DNA from: Schizochytrium sp. TIO01
Lineage: Eukaryota > Protista > Bigyra: Labyrinthulomycetes
DNA: 64,000 nt
Direction of reading: 5' to 3'
Assembly (NCBI GenBank): GCA_004764695.1
Contig: SMSO01000005.1
Span: 744,001 to 808,000 of the forward strand
A program made the position numbers and the translations under genes. The notes below the pieces were generated by a model. It was not told the DNA's origin and searched no databases. It worked only from the letters and a program-made list of their open reading frames with translations. Shown one piece after another: positions 1 through 11,158 of the stretch. Numbering within the stretch: position 1 is the first letter of the stretch; every line of letters begins with the position of its first letter.

Positions 1-538
1 TACATTTTGGGGTCTCCTGAGAATGTTATTGTTAAGCACACCCTGGACTTATCGTTCCTTTTTAAGTCGATAATTACTCTTGGCGTTGTTTAGCTATTCA
101 TGAGCATCTCTCAAGGCACTCTTACCCAAACCCCATCTCCCTTCAACTCTTCGCGTAGTGCTTCGCACTGAGGCAAGGCAGAGCGAGAGAGTCTAGCAAG
201 AGGCTGGCAGGCTGACTGCTGATCACTGCGTGAAAGCTGAGCAGCACTCGTCAGACAAAGACTCGTATTTTCTCCACACAACGGCAACAATAAGCATAAG
301 TTGCAGCTTGTCTTGGCCCCTTTCGAAATCAGTTTTGTTTAGTTTGCACATCCATTGCAGGTTGTGTAAACTATTTCGTGACTCATTTGTACCGACGGAT
401 CACAGCAGTCTAGCCGCAATAATTTATAAATTAACAGGCTTCCTCCTCAAACTGAGTGCTAAAAACAAAGCAAAGTCTGCATATTTCTAGCATTGAAAGA
501 AGCTAAGCTAATCAATTCCTTAGAAACACCAAGAGAAA

Positions 539-3500
539 ATGGCATCCAGTCATGGCGTAGCAGCCCCGTTGCGTGCTCGTCCTGTAGTTGGACTTGAGGA
601 GGCAGATCCTATCGAGCAGTTCTGTGAGGAACTGGCGGTGCTAGAGCTCGCGAAAAGATTACGCAGTCGTGATGATGTAGAACAGTTTCTCCACGCAACC
701 CGTAGCGCGTTGTTTAAGGCCCCTACAGTGGAATTTGATCCATTTACTTTACCTGACATCCTAGAGATTGGGTCGCCAAAGTCGATACTAGGACCTGATA
801 TCGACGAACCATTGCTATCGACCTGTCCAGAAGATACAAATCTGCCCATGAACGTGCGACTTGGTGTCGAGGTATTTTTGCAAATGATTTCTGCGCTGGA
901 TCTTGCGAACAATCCTCATGCCCTGTCTGCTCTTCTTCGCAGGCTGCCTAATATGCTTCAGGAGTTACCGCCATTATCCCTTACAGATAGCTGTATGGTA
1001 GCGCGAGAGGTTTATATTGATACACAAATGCGCTTGGCAAATCTCTCTGGGAATGATGGCCATGAGCTTGATAACTTTCAGAAGCGCAAAGCAAAAATCG
1101 CTCGCGAGCTAGAGCGTCGCAAGCGCATGTCAGCAGCTATGACAGCCAATGCTGGGATTCCTTCTGCAGTCTCCCGAGTATTAGAAGATGCATACTATGG
1201 TACAGTCTCAAGTGTGCGCCATCGTAAACACCAGAAACAGGCCGCTGGGACTTCCAGAAAAGTTTATACTGGACCTGCATTTCTTGAAAATGACAGCCAC
1301 TCTCATCAAACAGACCTTACTCATGGAAACCTTTTATCAACTTGGCTCGGGCTCAGTATTAAACGTGGAGCACTTTCTGGCCTAGCCAAAGTCATTCGTG
1401 TTCTTCTTCATCATGGATCTACCGTGAACGCGACAACATTCTTAAGTAATACCAGACCTACTGAGCGTGCAGAGTCGGAGGAGGAAACTAAGTCTCCTGA
1501 GGCATATGATCGTTCTTCAATGTCTGTACGTTGTGAGCAGGAAAGTCTAATCACGGATTTCAAAGGCCCTTCTTTATTACAGCAAGAGGCTAGTGAAGAT
1601 CTTGATGTCGAAACTTTTCTCCGAGAAATTGCGGTGGTTCAAACCAATACTGTATTGCAAGCATTCCAACCTCCTGAACAAGGAGATATTGGAGGCACCC
1701 TTTTCACCTTTGGTAAAGGTGATCATGGAAAGCTTGGCCATGGCAAATGCACAGAAGTTGATCCTAACCCACAACCACACCTTCATGAGCACTGTCCAGA
1801 TGGTTACTGCACAGAAAACATCAAGTCTCCTCGAATGGTTCTTGATCTTGAAAGCGTATCAGTATGCAAAGTTGCTTCGTTATCAACTCACTCCGTTGCA
1901 CTTTCAAGCGAAGGCGTGCTTTATACCTGGGGTAATGGTGACAAAAACAGACTTGGACATGGAACTACAGCTAAAGAGTACTATCCTCGGATAGTGAACT
2001 CTTTGCTTACACGTCCTCCGGTCGTTGATATTGCCTGTGGTCTTGGCCATACATTAGCTTTACTCGAGAATGGCCACCTCTATGCATGGGGAAATGGAGG
2101 GAATGGCCGTCTTGGTCTCGGAGATACCGAGGACCGAGCTTTGGCTTGTCTTGTTACCAAGTTCGTTACAGACCCAAGCGACGAAAAATATCTGCAAGAT
2201 CCAGTGAAGCAATCATCTTTTAAAATGCCAGCAGGCATTCGACTTGTTGGTCTGCATTGTGGTGCTAGTCACTCGATGGCTGTTGCTGAAGACGGGCGAT
2301 GCTTCACGTGGGGCAAAAATAACCAGGGACAATGCGGTCATGGTGATGTGGCAGATAAACTTTACCCTCAACTTGTTGAATATTTTGTTAAGAATAATGC
2401 TGCGAAGGAACAACAAGGTTCTGATGATGAAGGCCCTAGACTTGTGGACGTTGATAATTCTATCAGATCTATGGCTGGTGGGTGGGAGCATACTCTTGCT
2501 CTGACACGTGATGGAAGGCTATTTTCTTTTGGTTCAGGCTATAAAGACTCTCGTCGTTCAGGGTTACCACCGGTGCTAGGCCATGGAGGAACGGAGCGTG
2601 AGCCTCGGCCACGTCAAATTCTCGCTTTGCAATCTCAGACTATCAAATACTGTACCTGTGGATGGGATCACTCAATGGCAATAAACGAGCATGGACATGT
2701 TTATTCATGGGGTGCAGGAACTAATGGAAAACTTGGTCACGGTGATGAAGAAAGTCATCCTCTTCCCAAAAGAGTTGAGTCTCTAATTCGGGAGAACGTC
2801 CGGATTGTCCAAGTCGAAGCTGGATGCGAGCATTCTGTAGCAGTCTCTGATGAAGGTTATTTATTTACATGGGGACATGGAGACTCCGGACGCCTAGGAC
2901 ATGCAACAAGTCGTACCGAGAAACGCCCAAAGCGCGTTGAAAGCCTCGTCGAACAAGGCCTTCCAGTCCTTACAGTTGCTGTTGGTGATAAATACAACTT
3001 AGTCCTGATACAGTCGGATGCAGCTATTAAGGCTTCGCAGGTCTCTTCAACGTACAGCGCGAAGGATACAGCAGAGCAGGAAACAGAACAACATAAACAA
3101 GACGAAGAATGCGATGAAACTGACCCAGAGGTATTCCCAGAGGAGAAGAACGGTCAGACATTCCTAAAAGAAAATGACCGCATCCAGTCCGATGTCTTTA
3201 AAGTGAAGGCGTCGCTTGCTGAGTCTACCAAGAAAACTATGGGTAGGTCATCTCAAGGAGCGCTTGAAAAGGGTCGGCTATCCGAAGCACTACTTGGTCT
3301 GGCATCGTTCGAACTTCCTTGTGACGATGACGAGCTTCTCTCTGAATGGCTTCTGCGTGCAGATCGTTCAGCCCTTTTTGTTCTAGCGCATATGGAACGT
3401 ATCGCTTCGAACGTAGCAAATGTATTTATTTCAGAAGGTATGAATACAAATGATGGAGAGAATGAGACAAGCAACACTTCTACTCAACAAAGTTCATCTA

Positions 3501-6500
3501 TTTATGCTCCTGGATATATCCCCTCTTGGAAACAATTCTCAGTTTCGAACCAATCTTCTGACAAGTCATCGTGCGATACAACTCATAATGATGAAGAGCA
3601 AGATGACCGTGGCAGTATATTTGTCCCTGGAACGCGTGCTTGGAAAGAGGCAATCTGGCGTAATTTACTCGACGGTGGGTCTCTTGACAAAATTTCCCTT
3701 CCTTATTGTATTGAAACAACATCAGAGGGGTTTTCAGGTCTCGTGCAACTACTCAAGGAAACCCTTTCCCTGATAAAAACACAGCAGCAGGACCATCAGA
3801 CTTCTGCAGAATATCAATGCGCATGCCAAGAAGGGCAAGACTCGTGTTCAGATGCTCGCTGGTTTGCTATCTGGGCAACACTACGAATTGTTTGCGTAAA
3901 CCTTATGACCCTTAATAAATTGGAAGCCAAAGAAGGTAGCCAGGAGTACCGCCTCAAACCTAGTGGAGCTAAATGGGATCTTACGATGAAACAATTACAT
4001 GAAGTCCTCTTAAAAATTGTTGGAATGGACTTTGAGGGACACAAAGCCCGACAAGCCTCTTCAAATTCACCCCGTTCAAATAATTCTGACAAACGTATCA
4101 CATGTTTTGAGATTAATGAAAAAGCTAAGCAAGAAGTCGTCATGGTTGCAGCTACTGCATTACAGGAAGGCTTCAAAGAATTTTATCCCACAGCAGAATC
4201 GCGCCTTGGACTTTTGCGATATATGCTCGAGACTAGTACCAAGGCTCGAGCAGGAGGTGATTCAAACAGTCGGGTTCTGGACATCCTAATGACAAACCTA
4301 GCTAGGGATGACGCAATGCAACCGCTTGTTGCCGGCATGGCTTCTTCAGAATTTGACACTCTAAGCTTGTTGAGCGATTTACTTCAGAACTCCCATCGCC
4401 CATCTCACTGTCAGCTGCTTCTTGCATTTCAATCCCATGCCTTTGCTGTATGGAGTGATACCGAATACTCAAAGCTTCGCGATGTTTTGATTCAGTTTAG
4501 CGTGCAGGTATTTAATGTTTCTGCTTCTCGAGTAGTAGCTATGAAGAACAAAACACTCGAATCGGATAAATTACTCTCTGTGGTACTGCCTCAACTGGTG
4601 TCTGCTCTGATAGTTACTCAAACAGTCCCCCTAAAGGAACAGTCCGCTCTGCTTCCGCCTCTCCGTGCTTTATTTGATTGCATGATTAAAAGTTCTATGA
4701 CCTCAGTTGTTGCAGGCGAGACAGGACGTCTTGTAGCTCGTCTGTGTGGTAAATTTTTATGCCAGGATCTCTGCCAAGGCCTTGGCGAACTACTGTTGTA
4801 TATTCGCCATGTCAAGACTAAACCGACTCTCGTAGCAGAACTCACATACCACCTCCCTTATGCACGTACTTGGTGTGGCGAATCAATTGTTGTATGTGGT
4901 AATCCAGACCTCTTTGGACCAACTCGTAGCGAGGTGACTCGCTTAAACAACCAAAACCTTCTCCACAAGAGAAATCAAGCATGTGTACCCTTGGAAACAG
5001 CTGTTGCATTCATATGTGAGCTTGTTGTACTGGACACATCAAGCAGTGCACAAATCGCTTTGATAAGTCTTATTGCCGCACATCAAGAAAATATATCTGC
5101 AAAACAACTCGAAACTCTTCTTGATGCTGTATTATCACGATACGAATCAGTAAACCACTTCCAGTCCCAGGAAATTTGTAGCAGCAATAATTTCACATTT
5201 AACTCTGACCTTGAGCAGATTTGGAGGTCCATGATTGCCCTTGCAACAGCGGCCTCGAAACGACCAGATCTCTCCACTTCCACACTGCGACGTAAGTTCT
5301 CTGATTGGGTGGTTTCTGAAATATCTATTTTGAACAAGGAGTTGCACGATTACGCAGAACATGAGACGCGACTCGGTATGTTTCTCAGTGAAGGCGCATT
5401 TGTGAGCACACAGCTTAACGGAAAGCTTGTTCCAGAATCCATACCAGAAGGTAGCATTCAAGCTGAAGACGATGATGACCTTGATCGAGCTGTCGACAAA
5501 GTTTTGCGCGGCGCCCTAGGCGAGAATGCAACCGCAAGTAACACCGCTGAGCTCGTGGCTCAAGTTCCACCAGATCAGATAGCCGCAAAGGGCTTTTCGT
5601 TATCATTTTGGATGACCAAAAGTTCTGGGCATACACTAGACGAAGAGTTGCTTGATGGTAATCCACGTGTAATTCTGGCTCGGTGCCAACGTCGAGATAA
5701 TGAGGATGATGGACCTCTTCAATCGCAGCATCCTCTATTGCAGCAGGGTTTATCATGTGAAGAACACAGCATTGTAGCACATCCAATTATACTTCTTCGT
5801 AAACCAGATAGGGGTGACAAGTGCTCTTCGCAAGACGCTGTTGTGGAAGTTCTCATCTCGACCATTCTTCTTGAGGATGCTAAACGAAGTACACTTGTTG
5901 AGCATGCGTCAGTGGGTGTTCCGATTGATAGTTTTCAGTCATGGATGTACGTGAGCATTTCTGTGGACATGGTGTCAAGATCATTAATCCTGTCAGTAAA
6001 TGGTGGAAAATTTTCCAAAATTGTTAAGCTGCGGGGTCAGGTTTTGCGAAAAACTTCAAGCTCAGTCCCGGTCCGTTTCGGTGGTTGGAAGGGGAGCACA
6101 GAAATTTCCAAAGCGAATGCTGATCAATGTACAGCTGCCCAAGACGGCTGTAGCCTAAATTTTTTCTCTCGAGTCCTAGATAGGGGTGCCCCTGTAGTTG
6201 TCTCTGACGTAATGTGGCACCAAAAGAGTGCGACAGATTCAGAGATGCTGCAACTTTACAAGCTGGGGCGATGTGCTGATTGGCAAGCTTCTGCGGCTCG
6301 CGCAGAGCTGCATGCCAATCGTTTGCTACAGTTTGTCGAAGATGGTTTGCTTCCACTCAGTCAGAATGGCCTTGCCTTGACAAAAGAGTTGTTCAGCCTC
6401 ACACGATGGCTTTCTGTGCAACAACGCGTGCTTCTGGTACTGGAGGCTCATGAAGACTGGTCTGGGCTTCTAAAACTCTACCAAGGTTACGTAAAAACTA

Positions 6501-9500
6501 GAGCGGCAAAGGCGTACTGTCCTTGTTGCCAGGAAGGTGCGCCAGGTCTGTTGCTGTCCCTTCGAACACGTGCTGGCTATGAACCTTTTTTGCGGGATGA
6601 ATTCTTTCAAGATTTTGTTCTGGCAGCGCGTGCTCAGCTCTCCCGTCGATGCACCGATCTTTTACCTCCTCCTTCGAAACAGGGAATGTGCGAAGCATGT
6701 TCTGCGATAAGTAAAACGTTTGATTGGTCTAGAACGCTGGCACATCAAGCGTCGTTCAATGCTGCTCTTATTCGAGGTGCTCAGGCTGCGCTTGTACATC
6801 TAAAAACAAGCGAGGCAGATTCTTTGTTAGCAGAACCTGAAGGTGTGCTTGATTTATATGGTGTAAACCCTTCAGGTGCACTATGTCAACAGAGCTCTGT
6901 ACTCTTAAAGACACCGTATGGCATCGTGGCTGGTAAGATCATTGATGTTTTTGAGACTGGGCGTTTGATGAAAACATTTTGTCTTCAACAGGAAGATCAC
7001 TTTCTCCCATGTCACGCTTCTATCTTCAACGCAGGGGGTGTGGACGGCTTGTACCCATTCTATGTGTCAGATGAAGCAGCAATTGCTGCACTTGAAGTTG
7101 CACGTCTTAAAGGTCTATTCTCAACACTCGATGAACCATTAAGTCCGAAGTCACCGGGGTCCCCAACAGGGCGAATGCCTGGAAAGCATGCTGGACTAAC
7201 GGTCTGGGAAAGACAGGGTGCTACTTTGGTGAGGCGTACAGGATATCTCAGTGAGAGGGACCGTGACGCACTTCTTCGTCTCGATTATAATGCGCTCTGC
7301 AAGCCAGTTGCGAAGAAGCAATCTGATAAGTTTGGACCTGCAAGCTGGTATCTTGATATGGTGGCTCATGTTGAGCTCGAGGGCGGAGAGCAGCGGTGGA
7401 TCCCAGTTGCTCATTTATGCTCCGTGCCAGATGAACCTAAATTCAAATTCCCCGAAGTTCATACTCTATTGAAACTTTGCGACGAAGCAATGCCGTCAAA
7501 GACTTTGATCAAGGAGAGTAACAGAGATGGTATAGCAGCACTCAAAACTCTTCGAGACTGCCTTAGAGTGTTGTGTCAGGCTTCAGGTTTGGAAGATCGG
7601 TCTGAGAGTATTGGAAACGCTTTAATTCAATCCTCGAAGGACACCATTCTTGCGATTCTAAATCTTGCTCTCTCCAACAACGAAAAGCTTACAGCTGAAT
7701 TTTTGAAGAAGTGTGGTTGCAGAGAAGGCTTGAGCCCCGATGTTGCTCGTGTCCTTCGTCAAGTTTCCGGCAACACACGCACATCGCTTCGTCTCTTGGA
7801 AGCTGCGAGTATACGTTTGCACGAACGACTTTGCACGGAAGAAAACTCTTTTGGCACGAACAGTGGCAGCAGTGTCCTTACCAAAGGTAGTTGTTTCGAA
7901 GAAAACGGTGATTCAAATAGCACTACACAGGTCCTCTCTAGAGTGGGGGGGTGCCAGAGTACAACTCAGGCGGTTTCTGCACAGGGTCAGCCACGCCAAT
8001 CCTCCTCTTTGTTTAGCTTAGAAACAATGAGCGGAGATATACAACTCGATCAGCGAGGGCTTCGTGCTCAAGGCGTAGGCAACTTTTCGACCGTTCGTTT
8101 GAAGCAAATTGTTCCTCCTATGGCTTCTGAAGCAGGTCTAGACGGTGTCATTGCTCTTAAAGAAGGGAAGTGGTACTACGAAGTTGTTCTTATGAGTGAC
8201 CAAGCCATGCAAATTGGTTGGGCCGACTCCCGCTTTCAAACTTCAGTGGAGCAGTCGATAGGTGTTGGGAACCATGCCAATAGTTGGGCATTCGATGGAT
8301 TTCGGGGACGATTTTTATCGGGTAGCGAAATTCATTCCTACGGACCAGGAATGCCATGGCAGGTTGGGGATGTTGTTGGATGCTCACTTGATATTGATGC
8401 ATCAATTCTGTCCTATTCGCTCAATGGATTGAACCTTGGCATCGCTACGAGACTTCCTTCAGTTTCAGAAGGGCTATTTCCAGCTGTCTCGTTTACGATG
8501 GGACAAAGCGCTCGCTTCGTGCTTGATAACTTTAACTATTCTCCGCAGGATGGATACCAGAGTATTCTAAACTCATTAGGGGGTACTAGTTGCAAGATGT
8601 TTATGCCATCATTGAATGAGGATCTGGCCGAAATTGAACAAGATATTCAATTTATTCAGGAGACACTGGGACAAGATGACGGCACAATAGCGGGAGATGG
8701 TGCACCATTAGACCAATCTCCTCAAGAGTTTCAAGAAAATGCTGCGCATTCACCATCTCAGGAGGAAAGAGGTCAACGCATAGTCGATGCTTTGCTTGCA
8801 ACTGGGTTACCTATGGAGTGGTGTCGACGCGCGGTAGATCATGTGGCTCGAGAAGCAGAAGAAACGGGGTCAGCATTCGACGAAAATGCTGCAATATCGT
8901 GGGTTATGGATCGTATGATGCAAGAGGATGGTCAAGAAAGTCTTATCCGAAGTATGGTTCTCGAGGGTGCAGGCATCGGTATGTCTGAAAACAGCGAGCG
9001 ACATGATGATGCGAAGACGCCGCGGGAGTTTCTGGTGTACGAGGAGGCTTTATCAGGAGATGCCTTTAATCTGGAAGCCGAAGTTGCTCAAAGTCAGATG
9101 CAGAGTTACTCAAGCTCCCCAGTCTGGGAACGTGTAACAACTGCCGCCTTCGATGAACCTACAGGCGCTCAAGCACGGAGACGCGCGATTGCAACGACTT
9201 GGTCCGAAGCAAGCGGTTCTACGTCTACGTCCTTGATTGGAGGGGATTCTGCTGCCCTGGGAGGTCTTTCTCTTTCTATTCCAACTCTTGGAAAGTCCAA
9301 TAATTTTGATCGAGGTGAACTACCCATCCCCGCTCTTTTACAATTTGTAGAAAGAGCACGCTCATCTGAGCTTGAAGCTTGTACAGTAGCGGTAAATAGC
9401 GCTCTGACTATTGAGTATGCGAGATCGAGCCTTCTTGCTTTGGCTAACGCTTCGTCGGCTTTGTTTCAGATTGGGAAACATGAAGATTGGATTAAGCTCA

Positions 9501-11158
9501 TGCGTCTCACTCTATTTAGAGGTGTCAATTTATATGAGCACCTTCATATTTACCCGTTACCGAGACCCTATTTAAGCACATCTGGCTATGATGCATTGCA
9601 GCATGTACTTGCGGGTGCTTCTCAAGAGCTTCTTCATTCTCTGACCACTGAGGCCTTACGAGATTTACGTCGTGCCACAAAACCTGCTTTTGGGTCTGTT
9701 TCATGGGGCTCCATACGGGGCACACGGCGATACACCATTATGTCTGTGATCAACAGCACATCTCGTTATGACCCTCAACTTGATCATGCACTATGTGTAG
9801 CGACTAATGGTTTTCGAGGTGAACCGCATCTCATGTTGAGTGATGAAGAAGCTTTGACTCAGCCCAGTGTTGAGCTTGCAGTCTTTCTTCTTAGCGGTAT
9901 ATTGGATACCGTACGGGAGACCCCAGATTTTGATCCGGAAAGTTCTGTAATTATATCAGCCGACATTCTTGGTCAGCTTGTGGACTGCCTCTTTTGCAAG
10001 AATGTGGCGATGAAAGATGCAATCATTCGTCTCTGTAGCAAGGTCCTACGATCTGTAATTCGCTTATTTCAGCAAGGCAGTGTCTCAGCAGATTGGTCGC
10101 GTAAACTTCTGTCTTGTATTCCTGTTCCAATTCTGCAGCGACTATTTACAAAGCGCTATCAGAAGGAGCAACCATTCTTGAATGGAACGCAACATACAGG
10201 CTATATCCATGGTCTTCTTGAGCTTTTAGTCGCTGTTGAACGACTTGAGCGTCTTCTGAAATGTAGAAGCTCAGCTACTTTGAATTCAGCAGACGATGCA
10301 AACAAAATCAGTTCCAATCTTCGTTTGAATGCGAGCCATATTACCGAGGATTCAATTCTTTTAACATGGAAGCGGGGTCTTGTTAGCTCTTCCTCACAGT
10401 CAGATTTTCACAACGAAGAAGATGCAGATCATATTGATCAAAGCGAAAGAGTGCACGGCTCTGGGGAAGCGAATGCCCGCAGAGAGTCAGCCTCCATCTC
10501 TCGAATCAATTTCCGCCGTGGCAGTGGTCAAGCTGATTCCGGGTCTAATCGCTCACACGATACTTTTGCAAGCGAGTATGGGCGAGGAGACGACGAACAA
10601 CCCTCACCATATGGATCATTCCGTGGTATAGATTTGGCTGAAGATGATTCAAATGGAGGTACTGCAGACCCCCAATCAAGTCTACGTCATATTGGCCGAA
10701 CTCGGGCCTCAGTGAATCGTGAGCCTTCAGATAGAATAGCGCAGCAGGAAGAGTTTAGAGTCCGCCCAGGCACCGTGAGAGTTCTTGAATACTCTCTTGA
10801 CCGTGAAGGCTTAGAGTGGAAGACTCTTGCAGAGCTACCAGCTGCTGCTCAAAGTTATCTCATGGAGTGTGCCCATCCAGATACAACGTATCGGTTTAGG
10901 ATGCGGCTTCGGGCACCATTTGAGGAAGATGTTCAGTCCCCAGGCTCCACTAAAACCCGAACACCTACTGGTCCAGTTACAATCGTCGATACTCTTTTAC
11001 AGCCTGTTCTTATGCTGAGCTCAGAGCAGTGTGGGCCAAACTTAATTCTAAGTAGTCTCAATCGCTCTGTGAGGAATACTGTGAATAAAAAATGGAATGC
11101 TGTGCGCTGTAATGTTGGATTTACTCGTGGGGTTCCATTCATGGGAAGTGCACATTGA
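539..11158 (+). CDS. Giant HERC-like protein, part 1 (HERC N-terminal region, RCC1 repeats, LamG/ConA-like, SPRY, UBA-like, FN3, start of second SPRY)
   Basis: 3539-aa ORF. HERC-like N-terminal motifs (LQELPPLSL; LGLSIKRGALSGL). RCC1 repeats at about nt 1700-3010 (FGKGDHGKLGHG, WGNGGNGRLGLGD, WGKNNQGQCGHG, WGAGTNGKLGHGD, WGHGDSGRLG). LamG-like segment at about 5590-6270 (FSLSFWM...WMYVSISVD...LSVNG...RFGG). SPRY at about 8080-8560 (GKWYYEV...MQIGWA...WAFDG...GDVVGCSLD...LFPAVS). UBA-like at about 8780-8910. FN3 halves (ITEDSILLTW / PDTTYRFRMR). Confidence 0.85.
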   Translation: MASSHGVAAPLRARPVVGLEEADPIEQFCEELAVLELAKRLRSRDDVEQFLHATRSALFKAPTVEFDPFTLPDILEIGSPKSILGPDIDEPLLSTCPEDTNLPMNVRLGVEVFLQMISALDLANNPHALSALLRRLPNMLQELPPLSLTDSCMVAREVYIDTQMRLANLSGNDGHELDNFQKRKAKIARELERRKRMSAAMTANAGIPSAVSRVLEDAYYGTVSSVRHRKHQKQAAGTSRKVYTGPAFLENDSHSHQTDLTHGNLLSTWLGLSIKRGALSGLAKVIRVLLHHGSTVNATTFLSNTRPTERAESEEETKSPEAYDRSSMSVRCEQESLITDFKGPSLLQQEASEDLDVETFLREIAVVQTNTVLQAFQPPEQGDIGGTLFTFGKGDHGKLGHGKCTEVDPNPQPHLHEHCPDGYCTENIKSPRMVLDLESVSVCKVASLSTHSVALSSEGVLYTWGNGDKNRLGHGTTAKEYYPRIVNSLLTRPPVVDIACGLGHTLALLENGHLYAWGNGGNGRLGLGDTEDRALACLVTKFVTDPSDEKYLQDPVKQSSFKMPAGIRLVGLHCGASHSMAVAEDGRCFTWGKNNQGQCGHGDVADKLYPQLVEYFVKNNAAKEQQGSDDEGPRLVDVDNSIRSMAGGWEHTLALTRDGRLFSFGSGYKDSRRSGLPPVLGHGGTEREPRPRQILALQSQTIKYCTCGWDHSMAINEHGHVYSWGAGTNGKLGHGDEESHPLPKRVESLIRENVRIVQVEAGCEHSVAVSDEGYLFTWGHGDSGRLGHATSRTEKRPKRVESLVEQGLPVLTVAVGDKYNLVLIQSDAAIKASQVSSTYSAKDTAEQETEQHKQDEECDETDPEVFPEEKNGQTFLKENDRIQSDVFKVKASLAESTKKTMGRSSQGALEKGRLSEALLGLASFELPCDDDELLSEWLLRADRSALFVLAHMERIASNVANVFISEGMNTNDGENETSNTSTQQSSSIYAPGYIPSWKQFSVSNQSSDKSSCDTTHNDEEQDDRGSIFVPGTRAWKEAIWRNLLDGGSLDKISLPYCIETTSEGFSGLVQLLKETLSLIKTQQQDHQTSAEYQCACQEGQDSCSDARWFAIWATLRIVCVNLMTLNKLEAKEGSQEYRLKPSGAKWDLTMKQLHEVLLKIVGMDFEGHKARQASSNSPRSNNSDKRITCFEINEKAKQEVVMVAATALQEGFKEFYPTAESRLGLLRYMLETSTKARAGGDSNSRVLDILMTNLARDDAMQPLVAGMASSEFDTLSLLSDLLQNSHRPSHCQLLLAFQSHAFAVWSDTEYSKLRDVLIQFSVQVFNVSASRVVAMKNKTLESDKLLSVVLPQLVSALIVTQTVPLKEQSALLPPLRALFDCMIKSSMTSVVAGETGRLVARLCGKFLCQDLCQGLGELLLYIRHVKTKPTLVAELTYHLPYARTWCGESIVVCGNPDLFGPTRSEVTRLNNQNLLHKRNQACVPLETAVAFICELVVLDTSSSAQIALISLIAAHQENISAKQLETLLDAVLSRYESVNHFQSQEICSSNNFTFNSDLEQIWRSMIALATAASKRPDLSTSTLRRKFSDWVVSEISILNKELHDYAEHETRLGMFLSEGAFVSTQLNGKLVPESIPEGSIQAEDDDDLDRAVDKVLRGALGENATASNTAELVAQVPPDQIAAKGFSLSFWMTKSSGHTLDEELLDGNPRVILARCQRRDNEDDGPLQSQHPLLQQGLSCEEHSIVAHPIILLRKPDRGDKCSSQDAVVEVLISTILLEDAKRSTLVEHASVGVPIDSFQSWMYVSISVDMVSRSLILSVNGGKFSKIVKLRGQVLRKTSSSVPVRFGGWKGSTEISKANADQCTAAQDGCSLNFFSRVLDRGAPVVVSDVMWHQKSATDSEMLQLYKLGRCADWQASAARAELHANRLLQFVEDGLLPLSQNGLALTKELFSLTRWLSVQQRVLLVLEAHEDWSGLLKLYQGYVKTRAAKAYCPCCQEGAPGLLLSLRTRAGYEPFLRDEFFQDFVLAARAQLSRRCTDLLPPPSKQGMCEACSAISKTFDWSRTLAHQASFNAALIRGAQAALVHLKTSEADSLLAEPEGVLDLYGVNPSGALCQQSSVLLKTPYGIVAGKIIDVFETGRLMKTFCLQQEDHFLPCHASIFNAGGVDGLYPFYVSDEAAIAALEVARLKGLFSTLDEPLSPKSPGSPTGRMPGKHAGLTVWERQGATLVRRTGYLSERDRDALLRLDYNALCKPVAKKQSDKFGPASWYLDMVAHVELEGGEQRWIPVAHLCSVPDEPKFKFPEVHTLLKLCDEAMPSKTLIKESNRDGIAALKTLRDCLRVLCQASGLEDRSESIGNALIQSSKDTILAILNLALSNNEKLTAEFLKKCGCREGLSPDVARVLRQVSGNTRTSLRLLEAASIRLHERLCTEENSFGTNSGSSVLTKGSCFEENGDSNSTTQVLSRVGGCQSTTQAVSAQGQPRQSSSLFSLETMSGDIQLDQRGLRAQGVGNFSTVRLKQIVPPMASEAGLDGVIALKEGKWYYEVVLMSDQAMQIGWADSRFQTSVEQSIGVGNHANSWAFDGFRGRFLSGSEIHSYGPGMPWQVGDVVGCSLDIDASILSYSLNGLNLGIATRLPSVSEGLFPAVSFTMGQSARFVLDNFNYSPQDGYQSILNSLGGTSCKMFMPSLNEDLAEIEQDIQFIQETLGQDDGTIAGDGAPLDQSPQEFQENAAHSPSQEERGQRIVDALLATGLPMEWCRRAVDHVAREAEETGSAFDENAAISWVMDRMMQEDGQESLIRSMVLEGAGIGMSENSERHDDAKTPREFLVYEEALSGDAFNLEAEVAQSQMQSYSSSPVWERVTTAAFDEPTGAQARRRAIATTWSEASGSTSTSLIGGDSAALGGLSLSIPTLGKSNNFDRGELPIPALLQFVERARSSELEACTVAVNSALTIEYARSSLLALANASSALFQIGKHEDWIKLMRLTLFRGVNLYEHLHIYPLPRPYLSTSGYDALQHVLAGASQELLHSLTTEALRDLRRATKPAFGSVSWGSIRGTRRYTIMSVINSTSRYDPQLDHALCVATNGFRGEPHLMLSDEEALTQPSVELAVFLLSGILDTVRETPDFDPESSVIISADILGQLVDCLFCKNVAMKDAIIRLCSKVLRSVIRLFQQGSVSADWSRKLLSCIPVPILQRLFTKRYQKEQPFLNGTQHTGYIHGLLELLVAVERLERLLKCRSSATLNSADDANKISSNLRLNASHITEDSILLTWKRGLVSSSSQSDFHNEEDADHIDQSERVHGSGEANARRESASISRINFRRGSGQADSGSNRSHDTFASEYGRGDDEQPSPYGSFRGIDLAEDDSNGGTADPQSSLRHIGRTRASVNREPSDRIAQQEEFRVRPGTVRVLEYSLDREGLEWKTLAELPAAAQSYLMECAHPDTTYRFRMRLRAPFEEDVQSPGSTKTRTPTGPVTIVDTLLQPVLMLSSEQCGPNLILSSLNRSVRNTVNKKWNAVRCNVGFTRGVPFMGSAH

